Under the pieces are notes generated by a model, which saw nothing but the letters and a program-made list of their open reading frames with translations, had not been told where the DNA came from and ran no database searches. A stretch of 64,000 bases of DNA from Chrysemys picta bellii (lineage: Eukaryota), in NCBI RefSeq assembly GCF_011386835.1, contig NC_088796.1:89466001-89530000 (forward strand), read 5' to 3'. Positions 1-10,429 of this stretch are shown here, piece after piece. The position numbers and the translations under genes were made by a program. Positions within the stretch are counted from its first letter, which is position 1, and each line of letters begins with the position of its first letter.

Positions 1-506
1 GTTGCTGACCATTCTGGCCCCAGTGCATCCAAGTACTTAAGCATGGGCTTAGCTTTAAGCAGGTAAATAGTCCCATTGAAGCAGTACATTGTATTGTTGA
101 ACACTGCCTAACACAACGTCTAAAATAGACACACAAACAGTATAAACACCTCACATCTGCTTATCGTAGCAACCAAAACCATTGTAAGATTCTCCTCGAC
201 ATAAACACTCCTGCAGAGAATCCTGAGTAAATAGTTAAACACTTTTCCCACTCATATTTACTTCAACAACATTACTGAAGTAATTTGACCATACTTGGTG
301 TATTCACTTCCCATGTGTTTATAGCTTACAAGTTTGCTAGCAAGAATGGTTAGGAAAATAATGACATTAAAGCAATTATTCAATAATATTTCTAGAAAAT
401 AAATCTCTAACTATAAATGAGCATGGTCACCCGGAAAGCCTAATTATGAGAGTGAAGCATATCCAATAAGGGAAGAGAAGACCTATGTGGCTGACCAAAT
501 CTAAAT

Positions 507-944
507 TAGGGTTACCATACGTCCGGATTTTCCTGGACATGTCCGGCTTTTTGGGCTTCAAATCCCCATCCGGGGGGAAATCCCAAAAAGCCGGACATGT
601 CCAGGAAAATCGGGACATGCGGGGCCGGCGGTGCTGAGCCGGGGGCCGGGGCCGGGCCGGCGGTGCTGGGCCGGGGCCGGGCTGGCGCCCCAGGGCCCGA
701 GCCGACCCAGGCTGGAGACGCCGGGGGTGCCAGACTGGGCCGCGCCTCCTCTTTTCCCCCCCCCCTTACCTGCTTCAGGCTTCCCGCGAATCAAATGTTT
801 GCGGGAAGCAGGGGAGGGGGCGGAGTTGGGGCGGGGACTTTGGGGAAGGGGTGGAGTTGGGGAGGGGGCGTAGGCGGGGCTAGGGGCAGGGCCGGGGCCC
901 CGTGGAGTGTCCTCTTTTTGGACACTCAAAATATGGTAACCCTA
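507..944 (+). mobile_element. Non-autonomous hAT MITE (Blackjack-like TIR), copy 1
   Basis: 13-bp TIRs TAGGGTTACCATA...TATGGTAACCCTA; exact 8-bp TSD ATCTAAAT (499-506 and 945-952); GC-rich interior without real coding capacity. Confidence 0.92.
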
Positions 945-1184
945 ATCTAAATACCACCTTTCTAATTCTTGAATATTAAATACACCCTCCAACTATTTGT
1001 AAAAAATCTGTAGACCAAGAAATTGATGTTATTGTTAGTTGTCAACCTATTTACAATAATATATGTGAAAAGTAAGTGCGATCTGTTTGCGGACAGAAAA
1101 AAGGGTGAAAGTCATTGAATAAATTATTCTACGCTCTTTTGGTCCGTTTATGCTGTCAGTGGTTCCATTATGGCAGTCCCTCCC

Positions 1185-1290
1185 TATTCAGCAAAGCTCT
1201 TGTGCATGTGCTTAAGCCCCATTGACTTCTGTACAACCTATGTACTGTGTTCAAAGTTCACCTTAAGTACTTTGCTCCATAGGGATGGAC
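1185..1290. repeat. Short palindromic non-autonomous DNA-transposon-like repeat (sauropsid type; related copies near 1-80 and 51175-51310)
   Basis: Imperfect inverted arms (CAGCAAAG...GCTTAAG / CTTAAGTACTTTGCT) around a central CCCATTGAC motif; family assignment from pattern recall only. Confidence 0.35.
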
Positions 1291-3520
1291 TTCAGAATGT
1301 GCTTACATGCTTTGTTGAAGTGGGGCCATATTTCTTTATGGTTTCACTCCTTGAGATGGAGGGAGCCTTCAGAAGGCATGTGTGTCACACTGGGGGATAT
1401 ATCTTTCAACTTATGAATTCCATTTTGGTTTTGTGAATACCACGTTACATCCAAAAGGCATAATGAAATATAACTTTTAGTGTGGCTTTGAACATTCATT
1501 CTGTAGCAGGAACCTGACACCGAATGCTGAGGCTATGTCTGGAAAGCTGTGACAGAGCAATCAAGGAACATTAACATTGACCGACCCTTCCATACTGGAG
1601 CAATGGGGGTTCTATCAGCAGAGCCACTGACTTTGAACACCATTCTGTCCAGAAGCCTGGGGGAGATGGGACTGGAGTATGGATTTTAAAAGTTACATGC
1701 TCTGTCAGTAAATGGAACCATTTCATCATCAGAAACAGAATGTAAAGTGGAGAGAATAGGGGCAGGAGGGACTTTGCCTCCTTTAAGGATGCAGACCAAA
1801 TCTGGAGACTCTGAGGGGAGTGAAATCAGACTGAGCGGGATTTGGTTCAGGAACTTGTTGTTTTCCATAGAACTGCCGTAACTCTTGTGTATTTTAAAGA
1901 GTAAAATGTGTGTGTTTAACAATTCCTTTACTAAGCTTATGTTCCTTGCTTTACTGCCACATGGTCCCTGTATCTAGGAAACTAGCACTCTCACAGCCAG
2001 GTGGACTCTAGGGGAGCATATCTTAGCAACTGGAGGCTCAGGAGTGCTGAGGTTCCAGGATCTAGGTGGCTGGACTGCAGGATCCCACTGTCCAAGAGGG
2101 GTGTCAGACGTGGGGTCTGCAGATGAGGAGTGTACTTGAAAGACCCAGAGCTAGGAATAGTGATCAGTCACTACCCAGGGAGCTGTGCAGCACATGAGAT
2201 TCAGCAGTTGTATCCCACCACAACAGACTGGGGTCCATTCAGCAAGCAGGACTGGACCAGCTTGTGACATATATGGAGATAGCCTTCATAAGGCACGTCT
2301 CTGTTTAATGGTTCAACACCATTTATTCATCATAAGGAAAAATAACTAACTAGAGGGAGATCTTATTATGTACCTGGGGACAAGTAGGTTTCTGGGTTTG
2401 GATTCTTGCCTTGTGTATTCCTATTCACAGGGGATCTAGACTTCTCTTAGGGGCAGGTCTCTAGCCATGCATAATCTTAAATAAATAAATATTGAAACAA
2501 CAAAATACCACATCCAACAACTTAGGGCTGACTTCATGCATAGCCTCAGATGGTTATGTATGCCCAGCCCCAAAAGATTAGGATATGGACTGGAATTGGG
2601 CCAAAATCAAAATTCTGAATCCAACCATCCCGATAACGTGGTGCCATTAAAAATATCAGCCTGGATCCACGTTTTGCAGAGGTCACATGATGTGCCTGAC
2701 CAAAGTACAAAGACCTTGTACCTGGGTGCCCATTTCTTTTGTGGTTTGAGCCTACCTCTAATAGGGACCCGTGTAATATATTTAGATTGATGCTGCTTTA
2801 AGTTTTAAGCCAAACGCTTACTAATAACTTTGAATGTATGACAGTTGTGGTGACTGTGGTTCATTTTCTGTATGTGCCCCAAAAGAAACAAATATTGCAC
2901 TAGATGGAATAATAACGTATCTCTCCCTTATTCTCAGGATTCAGACAACCCTTGTGTTCACAGCTTTCTTTAGCATGCCTTTTATTTGAAGACACGTAAG
3001 TGTTTTGTAAAATTGGGACTTATAAGAGAAATAAATCTCCCTATTGTTCTCTTGGGGCACAGCTGTTCTAAACAGTAATCCTGGGAATTGAAACAGGTTT
3101 CCTCTCTCAATAACATTTATATTTGTTTCCTGACATTCTATCCATTATAATGTGAGCTTCTTCAGCTGACAAAGGGAAAAATTAAAATGGCTGAGGAGTT
3201 CTGCCATTACAATAGTGCTCTCGTGGCATGGCTTGGTTATCGATAAACACCAATGTTGGATAAAGTATTTTTTAAATCCCATTCATGTGTTACTTGATGC
3301 AAAGATCCAATAGATCTAACCTTTGTCCCTCTTCCTTCTGTATTTAATTTTCCTGTCCCCCACCACATTCTGCCCTCTGCTCTCAGACTTGTTGGCCTTA
3401 TAAAAGGGAATCGGATTAGCAATCTTATCTGCTTTTACTTAAGGACCAACACAAAAGGGTGGATCAAATGATTTGAGGGAGAGGAAGAAGGAGCTTGTAG
3501 GAAAGACTGGAGGGAGGATT

Positions 3521-3650
3521 GGGAGTCAGGAGAACTGAATGTTTTCCCCAGCTCTTCAATAGACTTCTGTGACTTTAGACAAGTCATTTAGCCTCTATGT
3601 GCCAGTTTCCCTGCCTGTAAAATGGAGATAATTCCCCATCTCACAGCAGG
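3521..3650 (+). mobile_element. MIR/CORE-SINE-like fragment
   Basis: GGGAGTCAGGAG...TGTGACTTTAGACAAGTCATTTAGCCTCT...CAGTTTCCC...TGTAAAATGGAGATAAT matches the CORE-SINE core. Confidence 0.6.
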
Positions 3651-4175
3651 GTAACAAACCTACATTGCTTGTGTGTCAGGCAGAGAGTCTTTAGCAAAAG
3701 GCTTTAGAGAAATACAAAATAGGGATTCAAATTTCATATTCAGTTGTATGGGTATCAATTGTGAATAATTCCATTGTGGATAAGAGTGTTACTCCAGACT
3801 GCCACATGTGTAACTGAGAACAGAGTTTGGCCCTTTTTTGATAGTAGATATTTCTTTTTCTCTAATAGTTGTGATTCAGTCAATTAAAAACTTTTAAATC
3901 CAGAGTACCGAAAATGTCACTCTGGCTGTGAATGGGTCAGACGTATTGTCGCTGTCATAAGAATATACAGTTCTAGTGGAGATAACATTTTGCAGATTCA
4001 GATGTGAAATTCCAGGAGTGGAAGTTATTTTTGCACTGTTTATTTTTGCAGTGATAATCCATGCCATGTTCTTTCTATACATGTTACAAATGATTCAGTT
4101 GTCATTCAGGAAAAGCACCTGTATTCTGTATTAACTTTTCCTTTGCTTGCTATGCACCTATGTATCATACCTATT

Positions 4176-4371
4176 CTAGGAGGGTGGTGAAACAGTGAAA
4201 TGGGTTACCTAGGGAGGTGGTGAAATCTCCATCCTTAGAGGTTTTTAAGGCCCAGCTTGACAAAGCCCTGGCTGGGATGATTTAGTTGGTGTTGGTCCTG
4301 CTTTGAGCAGAGGATTGGACTAGATGACCTCCTGAGGTTTCTTCCAACTCTAATGTTCTATTATTCTATTC
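4176..4371 (+). mobile_element. CR1 LINE 3' end (5'-truncated)
   Basis: GGAGGTGGTGAAATCTCCATCCTTAGAGGTTTTTAAG...GGACTAGATGACCTCCTGAGG...CTTCCAAC followed by (ATTCT)-type terminal repeat. Confidence 0.85.
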
Positions 4372-5024
4372 AGTGAAGAGTAAAAGCACTGTAAACTCTT
4401 GCTAGGACAACCCTGTCTTCAGCATACAGAATTCTGTACTGAAGCTGTAAGTAAATAACACAAGGAGAGGCAAAGCACCAAGAGAATTTCTTCAGAGGAA
4501 GAAACAGGCATGTGAAAATGGCCATCTGCTGGATGCAACAACAGGGTAAGCAGCTCATGTAAAAGAGCTGCTAGTAGCAGGAACATCTGTAAGGGTCTCT
4601 GTACTGTTTCAGAATCACAATGTATTTGTTATTATACACTGAAGAGTATTTCTGGCAGAATTTTGTCACAGAACCTTGCAGAATGGACTCCCTGGAGGCA
4701 GAGTAACAAATCTGGACTGAGGATACCTGACCCAGCTGGTAAATACCCGCAGAAGCGACTCAGAGCCGTTATTCTCATGTTTTTTCTACATTTGCATCTC
4801 CTTTTGAAATTAACTTTTTCTGTTGTTTTAGGGCTATTAATATTAAGGTAGTCCCCACGCTCTAGTAGGCATTGCCTGTGAATAGCGATAGACATAGGCT
4901 CTGTCTGGACCGCTTATAATCTGAGGACACAACAGCTAAAAGGACACGGATAAAAATAAATACAGGTTTGAAAAACAATAGACTCTTAGCTGTTTGTTTA
5001 CCTCAGCATTGTTAGGTGGCTCAT

Positions 5025-5400
5025 TTCTTGTAAGCATCGTAGGAAGAATTGGGTCTAGAGGAGGAATTGAAGGAGCAAAGGGTTAGTGGCCTTACAGTGT
5101 AGTTCAGGATGGGCATTCAATGCATAGGGGGCAGTGTGGGGAAGAAAGTTGGGGGGCAGTTGCAGGGAAAGTGGACAAGCACAAGGTTGAGGCTGTCATT
5201 GCTGGAGCTGGGTGGGCAACACAGTAAGAGACCAGAGTGGATAAGCTGGGAGGCGGAGATTTGTGAAGGGCTTTGAAGGGGAGCATAAGAAGCTTGAAGG
5301 TAATGCAGTGGAAGGGAGAGAACCAGTGGAGCAATTAAAAGGAGGAGAAAGGAAATATGGTCAGAGTCAGGCAAGATAAATAACATAGTACTTGCACCTT
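5025..5400 (-). mobile_element. L2-type LINE, degenerate ORF2 C-terminus
   Basis: Minus-strand translation LHWFSPFHCITFKLLMLPFKALHKSPPPSLSTL resembles the L2 ORF2 C-terminal LHWLP...FKLL.L.FKALH motif. Confidence 0.7.
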
Positions 5401-5649
5401 GTACAGCCTGGAGAGCTGATGGGGGATATCAAGGAGAAGCTCCCATTGACATTGGGGAATTACTGAGTTCTCGATACTTTTGAAAACTGGGCCACTTACT
5501 AAGTACCCAAATAGGGTCTGAAGAACCTAATTTTAGGCACCCATTTTTTGAAAATCTTGGTTGTGCTCAGAAACTCTATAGTAGACAATATTTACTATTA
5601 GATTTCATTGTATCTTTAAAAACGTATTGTATAACCATGAACAACATAT

Positions 5650-5760
5650 TTAAGGGCAGCTAGGGGGAAGAGCTTGGGACTGGAAGAGCCAGTTTTGCCT
5701 GTGACTTGCTATGTGACCCCAGGAAAGAGGTTTAACCTGTGTGTTTGTTCCTCATCCATT
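5650..5760 (+). mobile_element. MIR-like SINE fragment
   Basis: GACTGG...CCTGTGACTTGCTATGTGACC...TTTAACCTG core-like sequence, highly diverged. Confidence 0.4.
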
Positions 5761-7524
5761 AATAATGCTTTTCTGACTTTGAGGTCTACAGATGAAATCT
5801 CTAGAGAATTGCAATGTATTAGTATAGTCAGAGTCCTACAGTTAGTTGCCTTAGTGTTTTAAAAAGAAACCCCAGTTTTGATTCATTCATAACTTTCTGT
5901 AATTCTGACATACCAGACTGAAATTTTAGACTAGGTCTCTGCCCAATGAGGATTATTTTTTAAAAGTTGAGGGGAAATGGTTAAGCTGTTTTTGAGTAGA
6001 AAGAGAGGTGTGTGTGGGGGGGAATACATTGTCCCCATTATATAAAAACGAAATGAAAAATTGGGTCTTTTAGATTAAACAGCTAGAGGTCATAGGCTTA
6101 AGTTCTGAGAAGTCTGAATGTTCCAGTGAAAGCTGGCTACAATTTGACCAAGTTCTGAGACTTTGAGACCATAGTTTTCAGTAGTTCCAACCTTAATGAT
6201 GCTTTTCATCACGATCCACCAACATTCCAGGTGCAGGCTGGCTGCTCTGCACATGTCTGTGTGGCTAATTTGGCTGCATAATAAAAAAAAAAAAAAAGTA
6301 AAATTAAGACAATTGTCCATTAATTCAAAAGCTTCTTGCTGTTCTAATTTTGGCCCTGGTGCTACAAATGACCCGAGACCTATTTGGTTTAAATTACAAT
6401 AGGATTGCTCATGTGAGTAAAGTTATGTGAAGTAAAGTGTTACAGAATTAAAAGTTTAATGATTAAAATAATTTGATTTATTATTTATAACGTGTGTAGT
6501 TTATCTATGATACCAAGGAAATGTCTCTGATTTTAGAACAAAAGTGACGACACTTCCCTTTCACCTCAGACCACAGAGCTTTGATCATGGCGTTATCTGA
6601 TTTGGACTCAACATGAAAAAGCAAGATCCTGTCTATGGGGCAAATTGCATCCTTGGATGCGCACACAGAACTTGTCGTGACTTCAGTAGGATCCCCATGT
6701 GTGTATCCAAAGGCAGAATGCTGTCCCTCATGTTTTTGGTTAGATTTCCATGGTGGTATACTATGAATGAAAAGTGTATCTCCTTTATGGTTCAGAGATG
6801 CCCAGATAACAGCAACCCAACCACATGCTGAAATTTCACCCCTGTGTTTCCAGTGCTTCATAGTCTCTAATTGATTTGTTTTAGTCAAATTATGAAGGAG
6901 GGGAAAAGTTCCTTTTTAAGTGTCTTGCTTATGTTCCAGTTTTTCATAAACCCAGTGCTTCAAAAGTCTTATAGGAAATGTTTACCTCAAGTTATTGAGA
7001 GGCATAATTTTAGTGCTTTTGTAAGGCACCAGCTTGATATCTTTGGAGACTGCAATCCTTGCTCATGGAACAAATACACAGTAGGGATGGTGTCAGTGCA
7101 AGGTTCCCCATGCTGACACACATCCAAATACTGGATTTTTCTCTGAACTCAACCTCTTTTGAAGTTCACCCATGTCTGATCAGGACATTTTACTATCAGG
7201 GAAAGATCTAGCCAATATGAAACATTTTAAATGCCCGTTTTTATTTTTTAAATAGTGGGGTGTCTGAAGAAACAGATGTGAAACAATGAAAAGTTTCAGA
7301 GAGCTGTGCTAACATGTATTTTAAACATTATTTTAAAGTCAGGATGAAAATGTCTAGAGCATTGTTTATTTTTTAAACCTTCCCTCCCTCTTTGAAGTCT
7401 CACTTCCAGTGATTGTAAAATATTATACAGTACTCACTTACAGGGCCGTAGCAAAAAGAATGTGGCCCCCTCCAAACATATGTCCGGGCGGGGCCCCTTA
7501 CAATGCAGAAACTGGAATGCGGTA

Positions 7525-7530
7525 TTTATT
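7525..7530 (-). promoter_or_regulatory. Polyadenylation signal of the transposase gene
   Basis: AATAAA on minus strand about 65 nt downstream of the natural stop and inside the 3' TIR. Confidence 0.55.
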
Positions 7531-7593
7531 TTATACAATATACAGGGTTCGTATTATGTATACATAGGCGTACAGTGTACATGTATTCCGTAT

Positions 7594-10074
7594 TTACGCA
7601 AAGCGCTTCTTTCGAGCCTTGTTCTCCACAAATTGGTTAATCAATCATAGTCCAGAGATCTGGCAATCTTGTTTTCGATTGAGATAACTGCAAGCGCAGA
7701 AAGCCTGTCATCTGTCGTGGTTGAGCACAGGATATTCTTGATCAGTTTCATTCTGCTGAAGCTCCTTTCAGCATCAGCGACAGTAATTGGTGTGGTCAGA
7801 AGAATTCTGATGCAAATGCAAAGATTCGGATATATCTCCTGAAGGCTGTTCTTGTATATGTACGTTAAAAAATTGTTTGCCGTGACAAGTCCTCTCTCTT
7901 TCTTGATGACATAAATAAAACAATTCAATTCCATTATGAGTTCGTTGGCATCAATGTCTCCCATTTTTCTTTCAAAATTTTTGCTGTGATTCTCCAGTTC
8001 ATTTTCTCTGTGACGCTGCTTCAGGCTGTTAGTGTTGTACAGAAATCCAAACAACTTATACCACCCCACGAGTTGGTCAAATCGCAACGAAACAGAAGAT
8101 ATGGTCTGATCAGTGAGAACAAGAAAGAACTGCGATTTGAATTTTTCTTCAGCAGAAAGACGACTCGAATCATCAGCACATTCGTAATCAAACATTCTCT
8201 TCTTACGTCGCACCCTGGTTTCTGGAAACACCTGCTCAATACCCATATGCTCTGCTATTTCACGTGCATTTGTGACCACAGAGATATATCCTGTATTTCG
8301 ATAGTCTTCCAAAAACTTCTTTGTAGCACCGACTTCTGCCTGCAGTACGTTAATTGACACATCTGGTGACTGAATTAATTTGCTGGTTTTATTGACGTGA
8401 AATAGTATATCGTACCACGTGTACACAGTCAGAACAAAAGGCCACGTAGTAACATGGTCCAAAAGCGCACCGGCTTCTGTTGCTGTATTGCCATCTTTCT
8501 TATCAAGCACATATTCTCGCAAAGATGACAAAGCATTGCACAATTCTTCAAGGTGATAATGCAATGGCTTCACAGCATCAATTCTCGACTCCCAACGAGT
8601 GTCCGATAACCCTTTAACAGATATTGGCATATGTTCTTGAAGTATATCCCAACGTGAAGGTGAAGAAGAAAAGATAACGTATATTCTATTAATCAGACCG
8701 AAAAAGTCAACAGCATATTTCAATGACTTTGCTGCGTCTGAGATCACAAGATTCCAAGTGTGAGCTCCACATGGTACATACAAGGCACGGTCATTTATTT
8801 CTAGCATGCGGGCTTGAACTCCTTTATTCTTTCCTCTCATATTTGTGCCGTTATCATAAGCTTGGCCTCTCATGTCAGCAATGTCTATTCCTAAGTTGTT
8901 TGCCTTTTCAAGAAACGCTTCCAATAAGCCCTCGCCAGTTGTATCATGAACATTAAGAAAACCAACAAAAACTTCACGAATATTGACACCATCTTCACCG
9001 TTGCATTCAACAAAGCGTAACACCACAGACATCTGTTCTTCATGTGACATGTCGGGAGTACAGTCCAAAATAATTGAATAATATTTTGCTTTTTTAAGCT
9101 GCGCTATGTTGACCTCTTGAATGTTACTGGCAACAAATTGAATCAGCTCGTTTTGGATCTGTGGACTGAGGTACTGAACATGTATCTCTGCCTTCTTAAT
9201 CCTCTGTAAAAGTTCGCTGAGGACAGTATCATACTTTGCAAGCAATTCAAACAGTCCCAAAAAGTTGACATTCGAAGGATCACCGAGCTTTTCATTACTT
9301 CCTCGAAATGCCAAGTTTCTTTCGGACAAGAAAATAACGACATCAACCATGCGTTTGACAACATTTCTCCAGAAATCTCTTTCTTTCAGAAAAGCCTGCA
9401 ATTCGAGTTGGTCAATAGATGTACAGTTTACTATGCCTGACCGAAGGTCAAACCATTTCACCATACAGTCTTGATGACCTTTGCCTGTTTCATGCTGCTG
9501 AAGTCTTTTTGACAGTGCTTTCCAACCAGATGTTCCACGATGTAGCGGTATGTCGCCAGTGCCAAATAATTTACAACAAAACCAAAAAATGGCATCTTTT
9601 TTAACTGAGTACATTAACCATGAACGTCTTATTTTCTCGCCATTTGCCATGGTTCGATAGAAATGAGTACTTGTGAACCTCCGTCTTTCCTTGTTAAATG
9701 GAAATTCGCAACTTTTATTCTGCTGCGGTGGGCCATGTGCAACAATGTCACACACTTGCCTGTCCGATATTCTAGATGGCCAATCTCTTGGATCATCAGT
9801 CAGTGGTTCAGATTCAGATACTTCTTTCCCGGCAGCAGCTGGAATATCTGTCACAGTTTGTTTGGTAGAACAACTGGCTTCACCTTCGACCTCACTTGAA
9901 GCACTTAGGATACGATTCGTCGCTGCTAGCGCTGTCCGTTTCATGTGCCTGTACCTGTACGTTGGATTGCAGCGCAAAATACGTTGACAACTTTGGAATT
10001 TTCTCAAGTTCCTTCTCGGCATCTTTTGCTGCCTTTCGTTTACTAGCTCCGCTCTTATACGTTCTCTTAGACAT
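7594..10074 (-). pseudogene. Reconstructed full transposase reading frame (~826 aa) with two 1-nt frameshifts
   Basis: Natural N-terminus MSKRTYKSGASKRKAAKDAEKELEKIPKLSTYF starts at ATG 10074, one base out of frame with the long ORF (shift near 9900-9930); natural C-terminus LINQFVENKARKKRFA* ends at 7594, out of frame after ...RSLDYD. Confidence 0.8.
7641..10022 (-). CDS. hAT transposase, 793-aa uninterrupted ORF (ZMYM1/ZNF862-like: TTF-type Zn finger, DUF4371-like region, DDE core, hATC dimerisation domain)
   Basis: Motifs WLMYS..KDAIFWFCCKLF...H...H; YYSIILDCTPDMSHEEQ (D1); GQAYDNGTNM (D2); VPCGAHTWNL (CxxH); SDTRWESR; ADAERSFSRMKLIK (E). Confidence 0.93.
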   Translation of the reverse strand: MPRRNLRKFQSCQRILRCNPTYRYRHMKRTALAATNRILSASSEVEGEASCSTKQTVTDIPAAAGKEVSESEPLTDDPRDWPSRISDRQVCDIVAHGPPQQNKSCEFPFNKERRRFTSTHFYRTMANGEKIRRSWLMYSVKKDAIFWFCCKLFGTGDIPLHRGTSGWKALSKRLQQHETGKGHQDCMVKWFDLRSGIVNCTSIDQLELQAFLKERDFWRNVVKRMVDVVIFLSERNLAFRGSNEKLGDPSNVNFLGLFELLAKYDTVLSELLQRIKKAEIHVQYLSPQIQNELIQFVASNIQEVNIAQLKKAKYYSIILDCTPDMSHEEQMSVVLRFVECNGEDGVNIREVFVGFLNVHDTTGEGLLEAFLEKANNLGIDIADMRGQAYDNGTNMRGKNKGVQARMLEINDRALYVPCGAHTWNLVISDAAKSLKYAVDFFGLINRIYVIFSSSPSRWDILQEHMPISVKGLSDTRWESRIDAVKPLHYHLEELCNALSSLREYVLDKKDGNTATEAGALLDHVTTWPFVLTVYTWYDILFHVNKTSKLIQSPDVSINVLQAEVGATKKFLEDYRNTGYISVVTNAREIAEHMGIEQVFPETRVRRKKRMFDYECADDSSRLSAEEKFKSQFFLVLTDQTISSVSLRFDQLVGWYKLFGFLYNTNSLKQRHRENELENHSKNFERKMGDIDANELIMELNCFIYVIKKERGLVTANNFLTYIYKNSLQEIYPNLCICIRILLTTPITVADAERSFSRMKLIKNILCSTTTDDRLSALAVISIENKIARSLDYD

Positions 10075-10088
10075 CACAAAGCACGCTT

Positions 10089-10329
10089 CTGCGTTGGAAA
10101 CGAATAGTTTCAAACGATAAAAAATTAAACAACTAAATTAATAACATTTATCCTCCAACTGCCATTATGAACCCAAATACACATTCTTTGAATGGGTCCA
10201 ACTAAAATTCGAAACTGACTGACAGACAACTGATGTAACCAATAGCATTATAATGTATCATAATGACTTCACGGTTTTGTCAGTAAAACCGACATGGATT
10301 GTGCAATAGCGTCAATAAATGTCACTTAC
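10089..10329 (-). other. Predicted 5'-UTR intron of the transposase gene
   Basis: Consensus donor AG|GTAAGT (exon ends 10330) and pyrimidine-rich acceptor TTCGTTTCCAACGCAG|AAG (exon resumes 10088, 14 nt before ATG 10074). Confidence 0.55.
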
Positions 10330-10347
10330 CTAGTTATACCTTTTAGG

Positions 10348-10390
10348 GGCCCCCTTCCTTGCAGAGGCCCCCTTCCTTGCAGGGCCCCCT
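10348..10390. repeat. Subterminal tandem repeat of the hAT (2.4 x GGCCCCCTTCCTTGCAG[A])
   Basis: 17-18-bp unit directly visible; GGCCCC motif also at 7464-7470 and 7491-7498 at the other end. Confidence 0.8.
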
Positions 10391-10429
10391 CCGGTCGGAG
10401 GGTACGGAGGGCGCTCGCTACGCCTCTGG

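Larger units (their letters stand above)
7441..10428 (-). mobile_element. Full-length autonomous-type hAT DNA transposon (Tip100/Zaphod-like)
   Basis: 12-bp imperfect TIRs CAGAGGCGTAGC (10428 end) / CAGGGCCGTAGC (7441 end); GGCCCC-rich subterminal repeats at both ends; encloses a transposase gene with polyA signal; flanks do not form a TSD. Confidence 0.92.

Noticed and set aside
427-950. Several 60-120-aa ORFs on both strands (also 19403-20091, up to 208 aa)
   Set aside because: They lie in GC-rich MITE interiors where stop codons are rare; the peptides are low-complexity Pro/Gly/Ala with no domain.
1014-1071. Possible exon ending in AA|GTAAGT with an open frame
   Set aside because: The acceptor lacks a pyrimidine tract, and joining it to the 2938 exon gives an early stop.
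6505-6888. 127-aa minus-strand ORF (also 1686-1922 and 18451-18786)
   Set aside because: No recognisable motif or convincing splice boundaries; lengths are within chance expectation for 64 kb in six frames.
7431-7441. The TIR end plus flank creates GTAAGT on the minus strand, a donor-like site
   Set aside because: It lies downstream of the element's polyA signal and no partner acceptor is evident; probably coincidence.
7986-10120. Plus-strand and alternate-frame ORFs overlapping the transposase
   Set aside because: Antisense shadows of a long coding sequence; only the 9892-10113 frame is meaningful, as the true N-terminus.
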